A stretch of 64,000 bases of DNA from Clostridia bacterium. Lineage in GTDB: Bacteria; Bacillota; Clostridia; Oscillospirales; CAG-272. Positions 47,228 through 56,959 of the stretch are shown here, in pieces; positions within the stretch are counted from its first letter, which is position 1; each line of letters begins with the position of its first letter. The stretch lies in the NCBI GenBank assembly GCA_024404505.1, contig JAKSPU010000001.1, positions 8,375 through 72,374 of the forward strand, in the 5' to 3' direction. The notes below the pieces were generated by a model, which saw only the letters and a program-made list of their open reading frames with translations, did no database searches and had not been told where the DNA came from. Position numbers and translations under genes: made by a program.

Positions 47228-48142
47228 TTATACCTTTTTTCTGCCGTCAGGAAGATTCAGCAGGATGATCGCGGCGAAGATGCAGCCCATGCCGAGCAGC
47301 TTCAGCGCGTCATGCGACTCGTGATACACGGTCATGCCGATGAGGGCGCCGACCAGCGGCTCGACCGCCACAAGGATCGCCGCCTTGCCGGAATCCATGC
47401 GCCGGAGGCCCCAAGTGTAGAGGAAGTACGGCAGGACGGTGCTGACAAGTCCGATCCCGGCGCCCCACAAAAGCAGCGTCGGATCGGCCCGGAACGAGGA
47501 CACCGTCGCGCCGATCTTCCCTAACGGAGTCGAGCCGATCAGACCGAAGAAGAACGTGTAGAAGGTGACGGTCACGGTGTCGTACCTGGCAAGCGCATAC
47601 CGCCCGAAAATCGTATAAAGGGCGTAGAACAACCCCGCGCCCAGACCGGTGAGGATGCAGAACGGCGGGATGGTATATCCGCCGCCCAAGAGACCCGCCA
47701 CCAGCACGCAGCCGCCGACGGTCAAGACCAGCGCGATCAGCTTGACGGGTGTGATGCGCTCCCTGAACAGCACCGCCGACATGAGCATGATGAACACGGG
47801 CGACGTGTACAGCAGCACGACGGCGACGGAGGCGTCGGTGTGCGTCATGGTATAGAAGTAGCTGATGTTGAACAACACGACGCTGACGATGCCCGTGCCG
47901 ATGAACATCCACACGTCGCGGAGGCGGATGCGGAGCTTCCCGGGATCGGTGATCAGCGTGAACGCACCGAACATGAGCGTAGCCATGACCATGCGCACCC
48001 ACGCGATCTGAAAGGAATCCAGCCCCCCGGCGTTGAGATGCTTGATGAAGATACTGATGCAGCCCCACAGGACGCCTGCCAGAATGACCGCTCCCGCGGA
48101 GAAACAGGAAGACGCCGTCTTCCCGGAAAGATTCGGTTTCAT
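47228..48142 (-). CDS. EamA/DMT-family transporter
   Basis: 304 aa with about 10 TM helices in two EamA-like halves. Confidence 0.8.
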   Translation of the reverse strand: MKPNLSGKTASSCFSAGAVILAGVLWGCISIFIKHLNAGGLDSFQIAWVRMVMATLMFGAFTLITDPGKLRIRLRDVWMFIGTGIVSVVLFNISYFYTMTHTDASVAVVLLYTSPVFIMLMSAVLFRERITPVKLIALVLTVGGCVLVAGLLGGGYTIPPFCILTGLGAGLFYALYTIFGRYALARYDTVTVTFYTFFFGLIGSTPLGKIGATVSSFRADPTLLLWGAGIGLVSTVLPYFLYTWGLRRMDSGKAAILVAVEPLVGALIGMTVYHESHDALKLLGMGCIFAAIILLNLPDGRKKV

Positions 48143-48339
48143 ATGATGTCCGCTTTCGTCTGAAATTTTTCATGCGCAGGAAATCCTCCGCACGACCGCA
48201 TCATTGTATCACATTCCTGCGGGAAAGTCAATGGGGAGACATGAAATAGCCGGACGAAAGAGCGCGTATCGGTCGGAAACGCACCGTACCGGACGGCAGG
48301 CGGCAGTAAAAAATACAACTGAATGTTACAATTTTCTCC

Positions 48340-48368
48340 TTGCATTTTTCACCATAAAATGGTATACT
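48340..48368 (+). promoter_or_regulatory. Sigma-A promoter with extended -10
   Basis: TTGCAT (48340-48345), 17-nt spacer, TATACT (48363-48368), preceded by TGG. Confidence 0.65.
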
Positions 48369-48485
48369 GAAGGTATCCGGACGCGTTCGTCCGGCCCCGT
48401 GCATAACAGCACAACTGCATAACAGCATCACAAACGACATTCTGACGTACGACATATAACGAAAAGCGAAATGAGGTATTCAATC

Positions 48486-51400
48486 ATGTCAGCAAAACAG
48501 TTCCTTCGTCCGTTATGTTCCGTTCTGATGGCCGTTCTGACCCTCACGACAGGTGCGCTGCCCGCGTTCGCGGCAGACGAAGCACGCGCCGACCGCATTT
48601 CCCTTCCCTACACTGTGTCCGACACGAACGCCCGCGCGTACGAGTACCTGTACGTCGCCGGAGGATACCATTCCGTTGACAACGGCTGCCCCGCGTGGGG
48701 TACCGCCGAGCCGCGGAACGTCCGCATGATCGGCGACACGATGGGCTGGATCACGGTGACGTACACCGACGGCACGTCGCAGGACATCCCGCTCGTCTTC
48801 GGCTACACGATGTGGTACCGTGCCACATGGCAGGAGGCATCCGCTCCGTTCAAGCAGGGGAACATTGACAGGTCTCTCACCCAAACGCTCAAGGAGACCC
48901 TGTCGCTCAAGGGTGCCTTCGAGGGAGAGGATACCTGCGTCATGCGTATCCGTCTGAACGGCAAGGCCGTCCGCTCGGTCGAGCTGAAGGATGACCCCGA
49001 CAAGGACGGTGAGCCTGTTCTCAAGGGGGCTCTGCTGACCAGCGGCACGCCGTCGGGCCTTTCCGTCGGCGGTGTGTCCTTCTCCGCGTCGGACAGCTTC
49101 CTTGAAAAGCACACGATCGACGCCTCCGATCCCTTCCCCGACACTATTCGGGAAAATCTCGCGGTCCTCACCCACGCGCTGTATACCTACGAGGAGGACT
49201 ACGCGGCAGCGCCCGTATTCGAGTTCCCGGAGGACTATACCGGCAGCCGCACGGTGTTCTCCGGCTCGCCCTTCGCCAATATCGCCACCGGCTCCGTGTA
49301 CCACAACGTAAAGAGCATCCTTGACCGCGTGGACGAGGACGGTATGCTGCACACGTCCTATAAGGGCGCACCCTCGTGGCGGTACGACGGCTTCGGCTAT
49401 TGGGTCGTAAATGCAAACTCCTACTATGAATCCTACTACTCCCGCGACGGCGGCCGTGCGCTGATGACGCTCAACGAGTACGGATACGCGGCAGTGTCCG
49501 ACGTATCGGTCCGGTACGCCAACCGGCAGATGATGTACTTCCCGAAGAAACGGCTGACCATCGGCGGCGTGCAGATCCCGGGACATTTCACCGTCGTCGT
49601 CAACCAGCCGATGCTCTACTCCACCGTTCTCGTGCCGCAGGCGGGCTGGGCGACCAAGTACACGCAGGCAAAGTTCGGCAGCGAGTACCAGAACCTCGGC
49701 AATCAGGAGACCGACGGTCAGGGCCTCATGATGATGGCCAACTACACCACGTGGAAAAACCTCGGCGCGTCCTCCGATTGGGTCGCCTCCAATTGGACGG
49801 AGATCAGCGAGGCGCCCGCGTGGATCGCATGGTGCTTTGACCATCCCGATCTCTCCTTTGCCAAGGACGGCGTGCTGTACGCCGAGAGCGAAGCGGGCAT
49901 GATGTCGTACACGCTGTACTGCAACGTACCGTGTATGCTCGGTCTGTACGGTTACGCGGAGATGGCGGAGGCCGCCGGACACACGGCGGAGGCCGCGGAT
50001 TGGCGCGCGCTCGCCGACAGCATGAAGGCCGCGATCACGTCCCGCTTCCTGCGTGCCAAAACAGGCACGTGGAGCAGCGCTAGCTTCGGCTTCTTCCACG
50101 ACCCGGTGCTGACGATGCTTTCCGATATATACGGTTATGATCCCGAGGGCTGGCCGGAGGCCTTCTCCGATTGGATCGCCGCCTCGCGCAAAACGTACAA
50201 TTCCGATATCGCGTCCGTGGCTGACTATGATTGGTACGGTGCGGGCGGCATCGGCTACCACCACAGCATGATTACGCAGAACGCCCTGCTCAACGACCGG
50301 ATGGCCGACGCGTCAAAGCTCGTGGAGAACCTCTGCCGCATCAGCTACTCCCCGCGTCTGCCCGATCCCTATATCATCCCCGAGGGCATCACCTTTGACC
50401 GCGCGACCGGCGCGATCCGCCGTCAGGGCGACCTCGGAAACCTCGTGCAGGCTGCCGAGGCGATGAAATGCTTCGATATCGTGGCCGGTATCGGCGGCGT
50501 TACGGGCAGCAGCCTGTCGATCACACCGCGCCTGCCCGCCGGGTGGGCTATGACCGCCGCGGACCGTGACGTGCAGTATTCGGACGCGCGTGCCGACGTG
50601 ACGGTCAGCTATCCCGCCGACGGGATGCAGACGGCTTCTGTCCGGCTGACGCAGTCCGGCGGTATAGAGACGGTCAGTTTCCGCTTCGGTCCGCTTCCGG
50701 CGGACACGCAGTATGCCGCCGCTTCCGTAAACGGTGTGAACGTCCCCTGCCGCTTCTCCCTGTCGGGTGACAGCGCGTGGGTATACGTAACCTTTGACAA
50801 CCGCGACGGTGAGACGGCAGACCTCGTGCTGCTGTACGGCAATACCGTCGGAGAGCTTGGCACCTTCCCGGCGTCTGCCGCCGAAACGGAGCCCTCCGGC
50901 ACCGATACGGATGCCGTGACCGGGGAAGACACCGCTGCCGATACGGTCGAAACCGCCGCGCCTGACGGCGGCTGCCGGGCTTCGGCTGCCGGGCTGTCCG
51001 TGCTGGCAGCCGCCGCGCTGGGACTCCTTGCGGTCGGCACCGTAAAGAAAAAGCACGCGCTGACAGCCGTATGTCTTGCCCTGTGCCTCCTGCCCGTTCT
51101 GGTGGGCTGCCACACGCCGTCCGATCAGCCGGACGAGACCTCCTCAGACGTGCCGACCGACACGTCCGCGCCGGATACGGCTGCCGAAACGGCTGACCCC
51201 CGCGTCCCGACGATCATTGCCACGGCTCCAGCATGGGAGACGATGCCGGATCAGCCGGACGATCCCACCCCGACGGTCGATCCCGCGACCCTCACCGATC
51301 TTGTGAAGGGCAATCAGTATGCCACGATCACGGCCTCCACCACCGAGGGCAGCAACCCGCAGGGTCCGCTCGGTCCCCTGTCCTGCTTTGACGGAGACCT

Positions 51401-52214
51401 CAATACCCGCTGGAGCTCCGATCAGCACGACGTGGACGGCTGCTGGCTGTGCGTCGATTTCGGATACCCCGTGCAGGTCGGCGGACTCTACGTCAACGAG
51501 GTGAAGATCTGGGGCAAGGTGTCCGCTTGGGAAGCGCAGTATTACAGCGAATCCAAGCAGGAATGGGTCACGGTGTACGAGGATTACAGCTTCACCGACG
51601 GCACCTTCTACGGCTTTGAGGAGCCGACCGAGGAGACCTACCGCTTCCGCCTCATGTTCTTTGAAAGCAGCTCGCTCGCCGTCTCCCTCTGGGAAGTCAA
51701 CATGATGGGCATCTTTGCCGAGGTACCGGAGGGGACGGAGCCGCGCGCACCGCAGTCCGACGTCCCCGGCGACGACACACCGGACGGTCTGACCGATCTC
51801 GCGCCCGGCTGCATCTACTCCGCATCGTCCTCCGAGAACGCGGGGACCGCTGCGGAGCTGAAGCCCGCCTTCTGCTTCGACGGACGGGACGACACCCGCT
51901 GGAGCACCGTGTTCCACGATCTCTACGAATCGTGGATCGCCGTCGACTTCGGCAGGACCGTGACCGTAGAGAGCTTCACGGTCAACGAGGTCACGAACTG
52001 GGGCCACGTCACGTCCTACTCCGCGCAGGTCATGCAGGACGGCGCGTGGGTGACGGTTTACGACGGCACGACCTTCCCGGTCGAACGGAACGTGAAAATC
52101 CCGCTGTCCGCGCCCGTACAGGGGACCGGCTTCCGCCTCCTGTTCCACGACGGAGAGACGCTTTCGGAAACGGTCACGCTCTCCACCGTAAACGTTTGGG
52201 GAACCCGGAATTAA
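48486..52214 (+). CDS. Large surface protein: unknown ~800-aa domain, central membrane hairpin with lipobox, two C-terminal F5/8-type-C (discoidin/CBM32-like) domains
   Basis: ATG at 48486 after GAGGT. Signal peptide ...TTGALPAFAADEA. Internal AAGLSVLAAAALGLLAVGTVKKKHALTAVCLALCLLPVLVGC. FDGDLNTRWSS and FDGRDDTRWST motifs. Confidence 0.75.
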   Translation: MSAKQFLRPLCSVLMAVLTLTTGALPAFAADEARADRISLPYTVSDTNARAYEYLYVAGGYHSVDNGCPAWGTAEPRNVRMIGDTMGWITVTYTDGTSQDIPLVFGYTMWYRATWQEASAPFKQGNIDRSLTQTLKETLSLKGAFEGEDTCVMRIRLNGKAVRSVELKDDPDKDGEPVLKGALLTSGTPSGLSVGGVSFSASDSFLEKHTIDASDPFPDTIRENLAVLTHALYTYEEDYAAAPVFEFPEDYTGSRTVFSGSPFANIATGSVYHNVKSILDRVDEDGMLHTSYKGAPSWRYDGFGYWVVNANSYYESYYSRDGGRALMTLNEYGYAAVSDVSVRYANRQMMYFPKKRLTIGGVQIPGHFTVVVNQPMLYSTVLVPQAGWATKYTQAKFGSEYQNLGNQETDGQGLMMMANYTTWKNLGASSDWVASNWTEISEAPAWIAWCFDHPDLSFAKDGVLYAESEAGMMSYTLYCNVPCMLGLYGYAEMAEAAGHTAEAADWRALADSMKAAITSRFLRAKTGTWSSASFGFFHDPVLTMLSDIYGYDPEGWPEAFSDWIAASRKTYNSDIASVADYDWYGAGGIGYHHSMITQNALLNDRMADASKLVENLCRISYSPRLPDPYIIPEGITFDRATGAIRRQGDLGNLVQAAEAMKCFDIVAGIGGVTGSSLSITPRLPAGWAMTAADRDVQYSDARADVTVSYPADGMQTASVRLTQSGGIETVSFRFGPLPADTQYAAASVNGVNVPCRFSLSGDSAWVYVTFDNRDGETADLVLLYGNTVGELGTFPASAAETEPSGTDTDAVTGEDTAADTVETAAPDGGCRASAAGLSVLAAAALGLLAVGTVKKKHALTAVCLALCLLPVLVGCHTPSDQPDETSSDVPTDTSAPDTAAETADPRVPTIIATAPAWETMPDQPDDPTPTVDPATLTDLVKGNQYATITASTTEGSNPQGPLGPLSCFDGDLNTRWSSDQHDVDGCWLCVDFGYPVQVGGLYVNEVKIWGKVSAWEAQYYSESKQEWVTVYEDYSFTDGTFYGFEEPTEETYRFRLMFFESSSLAVSLWEVNMMGIFAEVPEGTEPRAPQSDVPGDDTPDGLTDLAPGCIYSASSSENAGTAAELKPAFCFDGRDDTRWSTVFHDLYESWIAVDFGRTVTVESFTVNEVTNWGHVTSYSAQVMQDGAWVTVYDGTTFPVERNVKIPLSAPVQGTGFRLLFHDGETLSETVTLSTVNVWGTRN

Positions 52215-52290
52215 ACCGCTGTGCTTCCCCGGCAGGGAGAAACTCCCATCCTCAAAACGGTCAAAACGCGCAAAATCTCCCTGCCTCCCC

Positions 52291-52319
52291 TTGACAAAGC
52301 CGCCTGAAAAGGGTATAAT
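52291..52319 (+). promoter_or_regulatory. Sigma-A promoter of the pheA-aro operon
   Basis: TTGACA (52291-52296), 17-nt spacer, TATAAT (52314-52319). Confidence 0.7.
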
Positions 52320-52361
52320 GAAAAAGAAGAAACAGGCAGCTGATATGCCCGTCATGCGTGC

Positions 52362-52412
52362 AAGCCCGCCGGCTCATCCGCCCGGATCTGCCTTGGCGGG
52401 CTTTGCGTTTTT
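52362..52412 (+). terminator. Leader terminator-like hairpin (putative attenuator)
   Basis: AAGCCCGCC (52362-52370) pairs with GGCGGGCTT (52395-52403), with further inner pairing, then TGCGTTTTTCC. It ends about 25 nt before the pheA RBS. Confidence 0.55.
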
Positions 52413-52438
52413 CCGGTCGGAGGAAAGTGAGGTAGGAT

Positions 52439-53524
52439 ATGGACAAACTCACAAAGGCAAGAGAGATCATAGACGAGGTCGACGCCCGCATGGCGGAGCT
52501 GTTCGTCCGGCGCATGGAGGCGGCAGAGCTGATCGCCGCCTATAAAAAAGAACAGGGCCTGCCCGTCGAGGACAAGGCGCGGGAGGCGGAGATGACGGGC
52601 CGCCTTGCTGTGCACGTCCCGGCAGCCCTCCGCCCGTACTATAAAGGCTTCCTTGCGTCCGTCATCGGGGAATCCAAGAAGTATCAGACGCTGCTTATGC
52701 AGACGACGCGCACGGCGTTCTGCGGAGCCGAGGGCGCGTTCGCGCACATCGCCGCCCGGCGCATTTTCCCGTCCTGCGTGACGGTCCCCTGCCCCGACTT
52801 TGCGTCCGCCTACCGCGCCGTCGAGACCGGCGATTGCTCCTGTGCGGTGCTGCCGATCGAGAACAGCTTTGCGGGCGACGTGGGCGCCGTCATGGACCTC
52901 GCCTACCGGGGCAGCCTGTCGATCGGCGGTATCTGGCATCTGCCGCTCGATCAGAGCCTGCTCGCCCTGCCCGGCACGCGCATGGAGGACATCCGCGAGG
53001 TGCGGAGCCACCCGCAGGCGCTGTCGCAGTGTATGCCGTTCCTGAAGAAAAAGGGATGGCGGCTGTCCGAGGCAGCGTCGACCGCGTCCGCAGCGCGTGA
53101 GCTGGCAGCCTCCGGGCGTACCGACACGGCTGTCATCGCCGCCCGCGAAACGGCGGAGCTGTACGGTCTTTGCGTACTGGCCGACCGTATCAACGAGAGC
53201 CGGACCAACACGACGCGCTTTGCGGTATTCACCCGCGCACCCGCCGTGCCGCGTCCGCAGGACAAGCATTTCGTCCTGATGTTCAATACGAAAAACCGGC
53301 CCGGCGCGCTCGGAGACGCGATCTCCGTCATCAGCGGGCATGATTTCAATCTGAAATGTCTCAAGAGCCACCCGACCGGGGAGGAAAACTGGGCATACTA
53401 CTTCTACACGGAGGGCGACGGCGACCTGTCCACCCCCGCCGGGCAGCAGATGCTGACCGCGCTTTCGAGGGTCTGCGATAAGGTCAAGCTGCTCGGCAGC
53501 TTCGGCGAGGAGATCACACTGTGA
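52439..53524 (+). CDS. pheA: Bifunctional chorismate mutase / prephenate dehydratase
   Basis: CM type II N-terminus (IDEVDARMAELFVRRMEAAELIAAYK), PDT domain, C-terminal ACT-like region. Confidence 0.9.
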   Translation: MDKLTKAREIIDEVDARMAELFVRRMEAAELIAAYKKEQGLPVEDKAREAEMTGRLAVHVPAALRPYYKGFLASVIGESKKYQTLLMQTTRTAFCGAEGAFAHIAARRIFPSCVTVPCPDFASAYRAVETGDCSCAVLPIENSFAGDVGAVMDLAYRGSLSIGGIWHLPLDQSLLALPGTRMEDIREVRSHPQALSQCMPFLKKKGWRLSEAASTASAARELAASGRTDTAVIAARETAELYGLCVLADRINESRTNTTRFAVFTRAPAVPRPQDKHFVLMFNTKNRPGALGDAISVISGHDFNLKCLKSHPTGEENWAYYFYTEGDGDLSTPAGQQMLTALSRVCDKVKLLGSFGEEITL

Positions 53525-53550
53525 GGTCCCCCTCACGGAAAGGAGACGAC

Positions 53551-54591
53551 ATGGCTGTATTGACGATGGCTCCCGGCAGCCGGAGCTACGACATCACCGT
53601 TCAAAGAGGCGCACTGAGCCGCGTCGGAGAGCTGTTCGATCTCGACCGCCGGGTGCTGATCCTGACCGACAGCGGCGTTCCGGCGCAGTACGTACAGGCA
53701 GCCGCGGGCGCCTGCCGCACACCGTTCATCATGACTGTGCAGGCGGGCGAGGCGAGCAAGTCCCCCGAATGCTGGCTGCGCGTGCTGTCCCGGATGGCGG
53801 ACTGTGGCTTCGACCGCCACGACTGCCTCGTATCGGTCGGCGGCGGGGTCGTCGGGGACCTCGGCGGCTTTGCGGCAGCGTGCTATATGCGCGGCATCGA
53901 CTTCTATCAGGTGCCGACGACGCTGCTTTCGCAGGTGGATTCGTCCATCGGCGGCAAAACGGCGATCGACCTTGACGGGTACAAGAATCAGGTCGGCGCC
54001 TTTTGGCAGCCGGCGGGCGTGCTGATCGACCCGGACGTGCTGGACACGCTGGACGCGCGTCAGTTTGCGTGCGGGATGGCGGAGATCATCAAAATGTTCG
54101 CTTTGTACGACGGGGAGATGTTCGCGCGGCTGGAGCGTGGCGGGGCAGCTCTGCCCGCCGACCGGGCGCTGACCGGGGAGGTCATCCTGCGGGCGCTGGC
54201 TGTCAAAAAGCGCGTAGTCGAGGCGGACGAGACCGAGAGCGGGCTGCGTAAGGTATTGAATTTCGGCCATACCGTCGGCCACGCGATCGAGAGCGCGGCC
54301 GCGGAGTCGGGCGATCCCCTCTTCCACGGGGAATGTGTCGGTCTCGGGATGCTGTGCGTCACGCACGGAACGGTCCGGGAGCGCATCGCGGGGCTGATCA
54401 AGCAGTACGGTCTGCCGCTCACCTTCAGGGGCCGCGCGGACGCGCTGCTCAAAGCGATGACACACGATAAAAAGTCCTCCGGCGGCATCCTCACGACGGT
54501 GCGGGTGCCGGAGATCGGACGATTCACATTTGAGCAAACGACCGCGGCAGACCTGCTGCGGGAAAGCCGGGAGGTGCTGGACCTGTTATGA
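53551..54591 (+). CDS. aroB: 3-dehydroquinate synthase
   Basis: ATG at 53551 after AAAGGAG. GGGVVGDLGGFAAA and GHTVGHAIE motifs. Confidence 0.9.
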   Translation: MAVLTMAPGSRSYDITVQRGALSRVGELFDLDRRVLILTDSGVPAQYVQAAAGACRTPFIMTVQAGEASKSPECWLRVLSRMADCGFDRHDCLVSVGGGVVGDLGGFAAACYMRGIDFYQVPTTLLSQVDSSIGGKTAIDLDGYKNQVGAFWQPAGVLIDPDVLDTLDARQFACGMAEIIKMFALYDGEMFARLERGGAALPADRALTGEVILRALAVKKRVVEADETESGLRKVLNFGHTVGHAIESAAAESGDPLFHGECVGLGMLCVTHGTVRERIAGLIKQYGLPLTFRGRADALLKAMTHDKKSSGGILTTVRVPEIGRFTFEQTTAADLLRESREVLDLL

Positions 54592-55694
54592 GAAACGTAT
54601 ACGGAAACGTCCTGACGCTGACACTGTTCGGGGAAAGCCACGGATCGTCGGTCGGAGCCGTGCTGGACGGACTCACGCCCGGCATCCCTGTCGACGAATC
54701 GTTCATCCGGCGCAAGCTCGCCCAGCGGCGCCCGCAGGGGGCGCAGTCGACGGCGCGGGTCGAGGCAGACGAATACGTCATCGAAAGCGGCGTATACCGG
54801 GGCTTCACCACCGGGTCTCCGCTGTGCATCCGCATCCCGAACACCGACGCGCACAGCCGGGACTACGACGCACTCGCCGGGAAAGCCCGTCCGGGGCATT
54901 GCGATTACCCGGCCTTCTGCAGGTATCGCGGCTTTGAGGACGCGCGCGGAGGCGGCCATTTCAGCGGTCGCGTGACCGCCGCGCTCGTCGCCGCCGGTGC
55001 GGTCGTGACAGGTGCTCTGACCCGGAAGGGCATCCGCATCGCCACGCATCTGTCCCGCTGCGCGGGCGTCAATGACCGCGCGTTCGACTATAACGATCTC
55101 TCCGCCGATATGGACCGGCTGGACGAGGTACCGTTCCCCGCGCTGGACGAATCCGCCGGGGCACGCATGATCGGTGCCATCCTCGCCGCAAAAGCCGACG
55201 GCGACAGCGTCGGCGGCGTTCTGGAGACCGTGGTCACGGGGCTGCCCGCCGGGATCGGCGAGCCGTGGTTTGATACCGTCGAGGGCGCGCTTTCCCGCGG
55301 TCTGTTCTCCGTTCCCGCCGTCAAGGGTGTGGAGTTCGGGGACGGATTTGCACTCGCGGACGGGCGCGGCAGCCTCACAAACGACGCCTACCGCGCGGAG
55401 AACGGCGTCATTTCCACCGTGACCAACCACTGCGGCGGTGTCTGCGGCGGTCTGACGACCGGGATGCCGCTCGTGTTCCGCTGTGCCGTCAAGCCTACGC
55501 CGTCCATCGGGAAGGAACAGGAAACCGTCGATTTCCTTCACGGCGACAACGTAAAATTGACGATCCCGGGACGGCACGATCCATGCGTGGCCCACAGAGC
55601 GCGGGCTGTCGTCGACGCCGTCACGGCGCTGACGATTGCGGATCTGCTGACCGTCCGGTACGGCGCGGACCGGCTGTCCGGAGGCGCGGAATGA
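54588..55694 (+). CDS. aroC: Chorismate synthase
   Basis: ATGA overlap with aroB. N-terminal TLFGESHG and GGGHFSGR. Confidence 0.95.
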   Translation: MRNVYGNVLTLTLFGESHGSSVGAVLDGLTPGIPVDESFIRRKLAQRRPQGAQSTARVEADEYVIESGVYRGFTTGSPLCIRIPNTDAHSRDYDALAGKARPGHCDYPAFCRYRGFEDARGGGHFSGRVTAALVAAGAVVTGALTRKGIRIATHLSRCAGVNDRAFDYNDLSADMDRLDEVPFPALDESAGARMIGAILAAKADGDSVGGVLETVVTGLPAGIGEPWFDTVEGALSRGLFSVPAVKGVEFGDGFALADGRGSLTNDAYRAENGVISTVTNHCGGVCGGLTTGMPLVFRCAVKPTPSIGKEQETVDFLHGDNVKLTIPGRHDPCVAHRARAVVDAVTALTIADLLTVRYGADRLSGGAE

Positions 55695-56959
55695 GCAGGA
55701 CCGCAATGGAGTACGGCTGCATCGGAAATCCGCTCGGGCACAGCTGGTCCGTGGATATCCACCGGCTGCTCGGACTGTACGAATACCGTCTGACGGAGCT
55801 TGCGCCCGATGAGGTCGGACCGCTCCTGACCGCGCGGAGATTCCGGGGCATCAACGTGACCATCCCCTACAAGCAGACCGTCATCCCGTACCTTGACGAG
55901 ATCGACCCGGAGGCTGCCGCCGTCGGCGCTGTCAACACGATTGTCAACCGGGGCGGGCGTCTCTGCGGCTACAACACCGACCTTTACGGGATGCGGCAGC
56001 TGCTGGCAGTCAGCGGGATATCGCTGACCGGACGCTCCGTCGCGATCCTCGGGACCGGCGGTACGTCACTGACCGCGCGGGCAGTTGCACGGGGCGAGGG
56101 CGCCCGCAGGATCATCCGCGTATCCCGGACGCCGTCGGAGGCGGACGAGATCTCCTATATGGATTTAAGGCGCATCGCCCCGGAGGTGGACGTACTGATC
56201 AACACGACGCCGGTCGGTATGTTCCCGTACGAGGACGCGTCTCCGGTCTGGCCCGATGACTTCCCTGCCCTGCAGTCCGTCGTGGACGTCGTTTACCGCC
56301 CCATGAACACGTGGCTCGTCAACCTTGCGCGTTCCCGCGGCGTGCGTGCCGTGAACGGCCTTTATATGCTCGTTGCACAGGCCGCACAGGCTGCGGCGAT
56401 GTTCTTTGACGACCCCGGCATGACGGAAAAAACGTCCGCCGTGTTCCGCCGCGTGAGGGCGGACAAGCAGAACGTCGTGCTGATCGGGATGCCTGGATGC
56501 GGCAAATCCACCGTCGGACGGCTGCTGGCCGACCGGCTGGGGCGGCACTTCTTCGACAGCGACGAGGCTGTCGCCGCAAAGATGGGGATGCCGGTCCCGA
56601 AGTATATCCGGACCGCCGGCGAGTCCGCGTTCCGTGACGCCGAAACGTACGTGCTGCACGAGCTGTCGCGGCAAAACGGGGCTGTGATCGCTACGGGCGG
56701 CGGCGCGGTCACGCGCCAAATTAACGTGGAGACGCTCAGCCAGAACGGTCTCCTCGTACTGCTCGACCGTCCGCTCGGTGAACTGCCGGTCACGTCCGGC
56801 AGGCCGCTGTCCTCTGACCGGGAGGCGCTCGCCCGCCTCTTTCGTGAGCGGGAGCCGCTGTACCGGGCGGCAGCCGATCTTGTCCTGCCGGTGACCGGCA
56901 GTCCCGAAGAAACGGCGGACCGGTTGGCTGAAGCATTGAAAAAAGAGGTTATTTCATGA
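55691..56959 (+). CDS. aroE: Fused shikimate dehydrogenase / shikimate kinase
   Basis: ATGA overlap with aroC. AroE motifs (GNPLGHSWS, NVTIPYK, GAVNTIV), then the AroK P-loop GMPGCGKST. Confidence 0.85.
   Translation: MSRTAMEYGCIGNPLGHSWSVDIHRLLGLYEYRLTELAPDEVGPLLTARRFRGINVTIPYKQTVIPYLDEIDPEAAAVGAVNTIVNRGGRLCGYNTDLYGMRQLLAVSGISLTGRSVAILGTGGTSLTARAVARGEGARRIIRVSRTPSEADEISYMDLRRIAPEVDVLINTTPVGMFPYEDASPVWPDDFPALQSVVDVVYRPMNTWLVNLARSRGVRAVNGLYMLVAQAAQAAAMFFDDPGMTEKTSAVFRRVRADKQNVVLIGMPGCGKSTVGRLLADRLGRHFFDSDEAVAAKMGMPVPKYIRTAGESAFRDAETYVLHELSRQNGAVIATGGGAVTRQINVETLSQNGLLVLLDRPLGELPVTSGRPLSSDREALARLFREREPLYRAAADLVLPVTGSPEETADRLAEALKKEVIS

Noticed and set aside
52345-52440. A possible Phe-rich leader peptide (…LAGFAFFRSEE…) upstream of pheA, reminiscent of E. 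coli pheL.
   Set aside because: The Phe codons are simply the T-tract of the leader terminator. There is no RBS before the ATG at 52345. The frame does not stop before pheA; it runs on to 52545. The MKKKK start at 52318 lies inside the -10 box, upstream of the likely transcription start.
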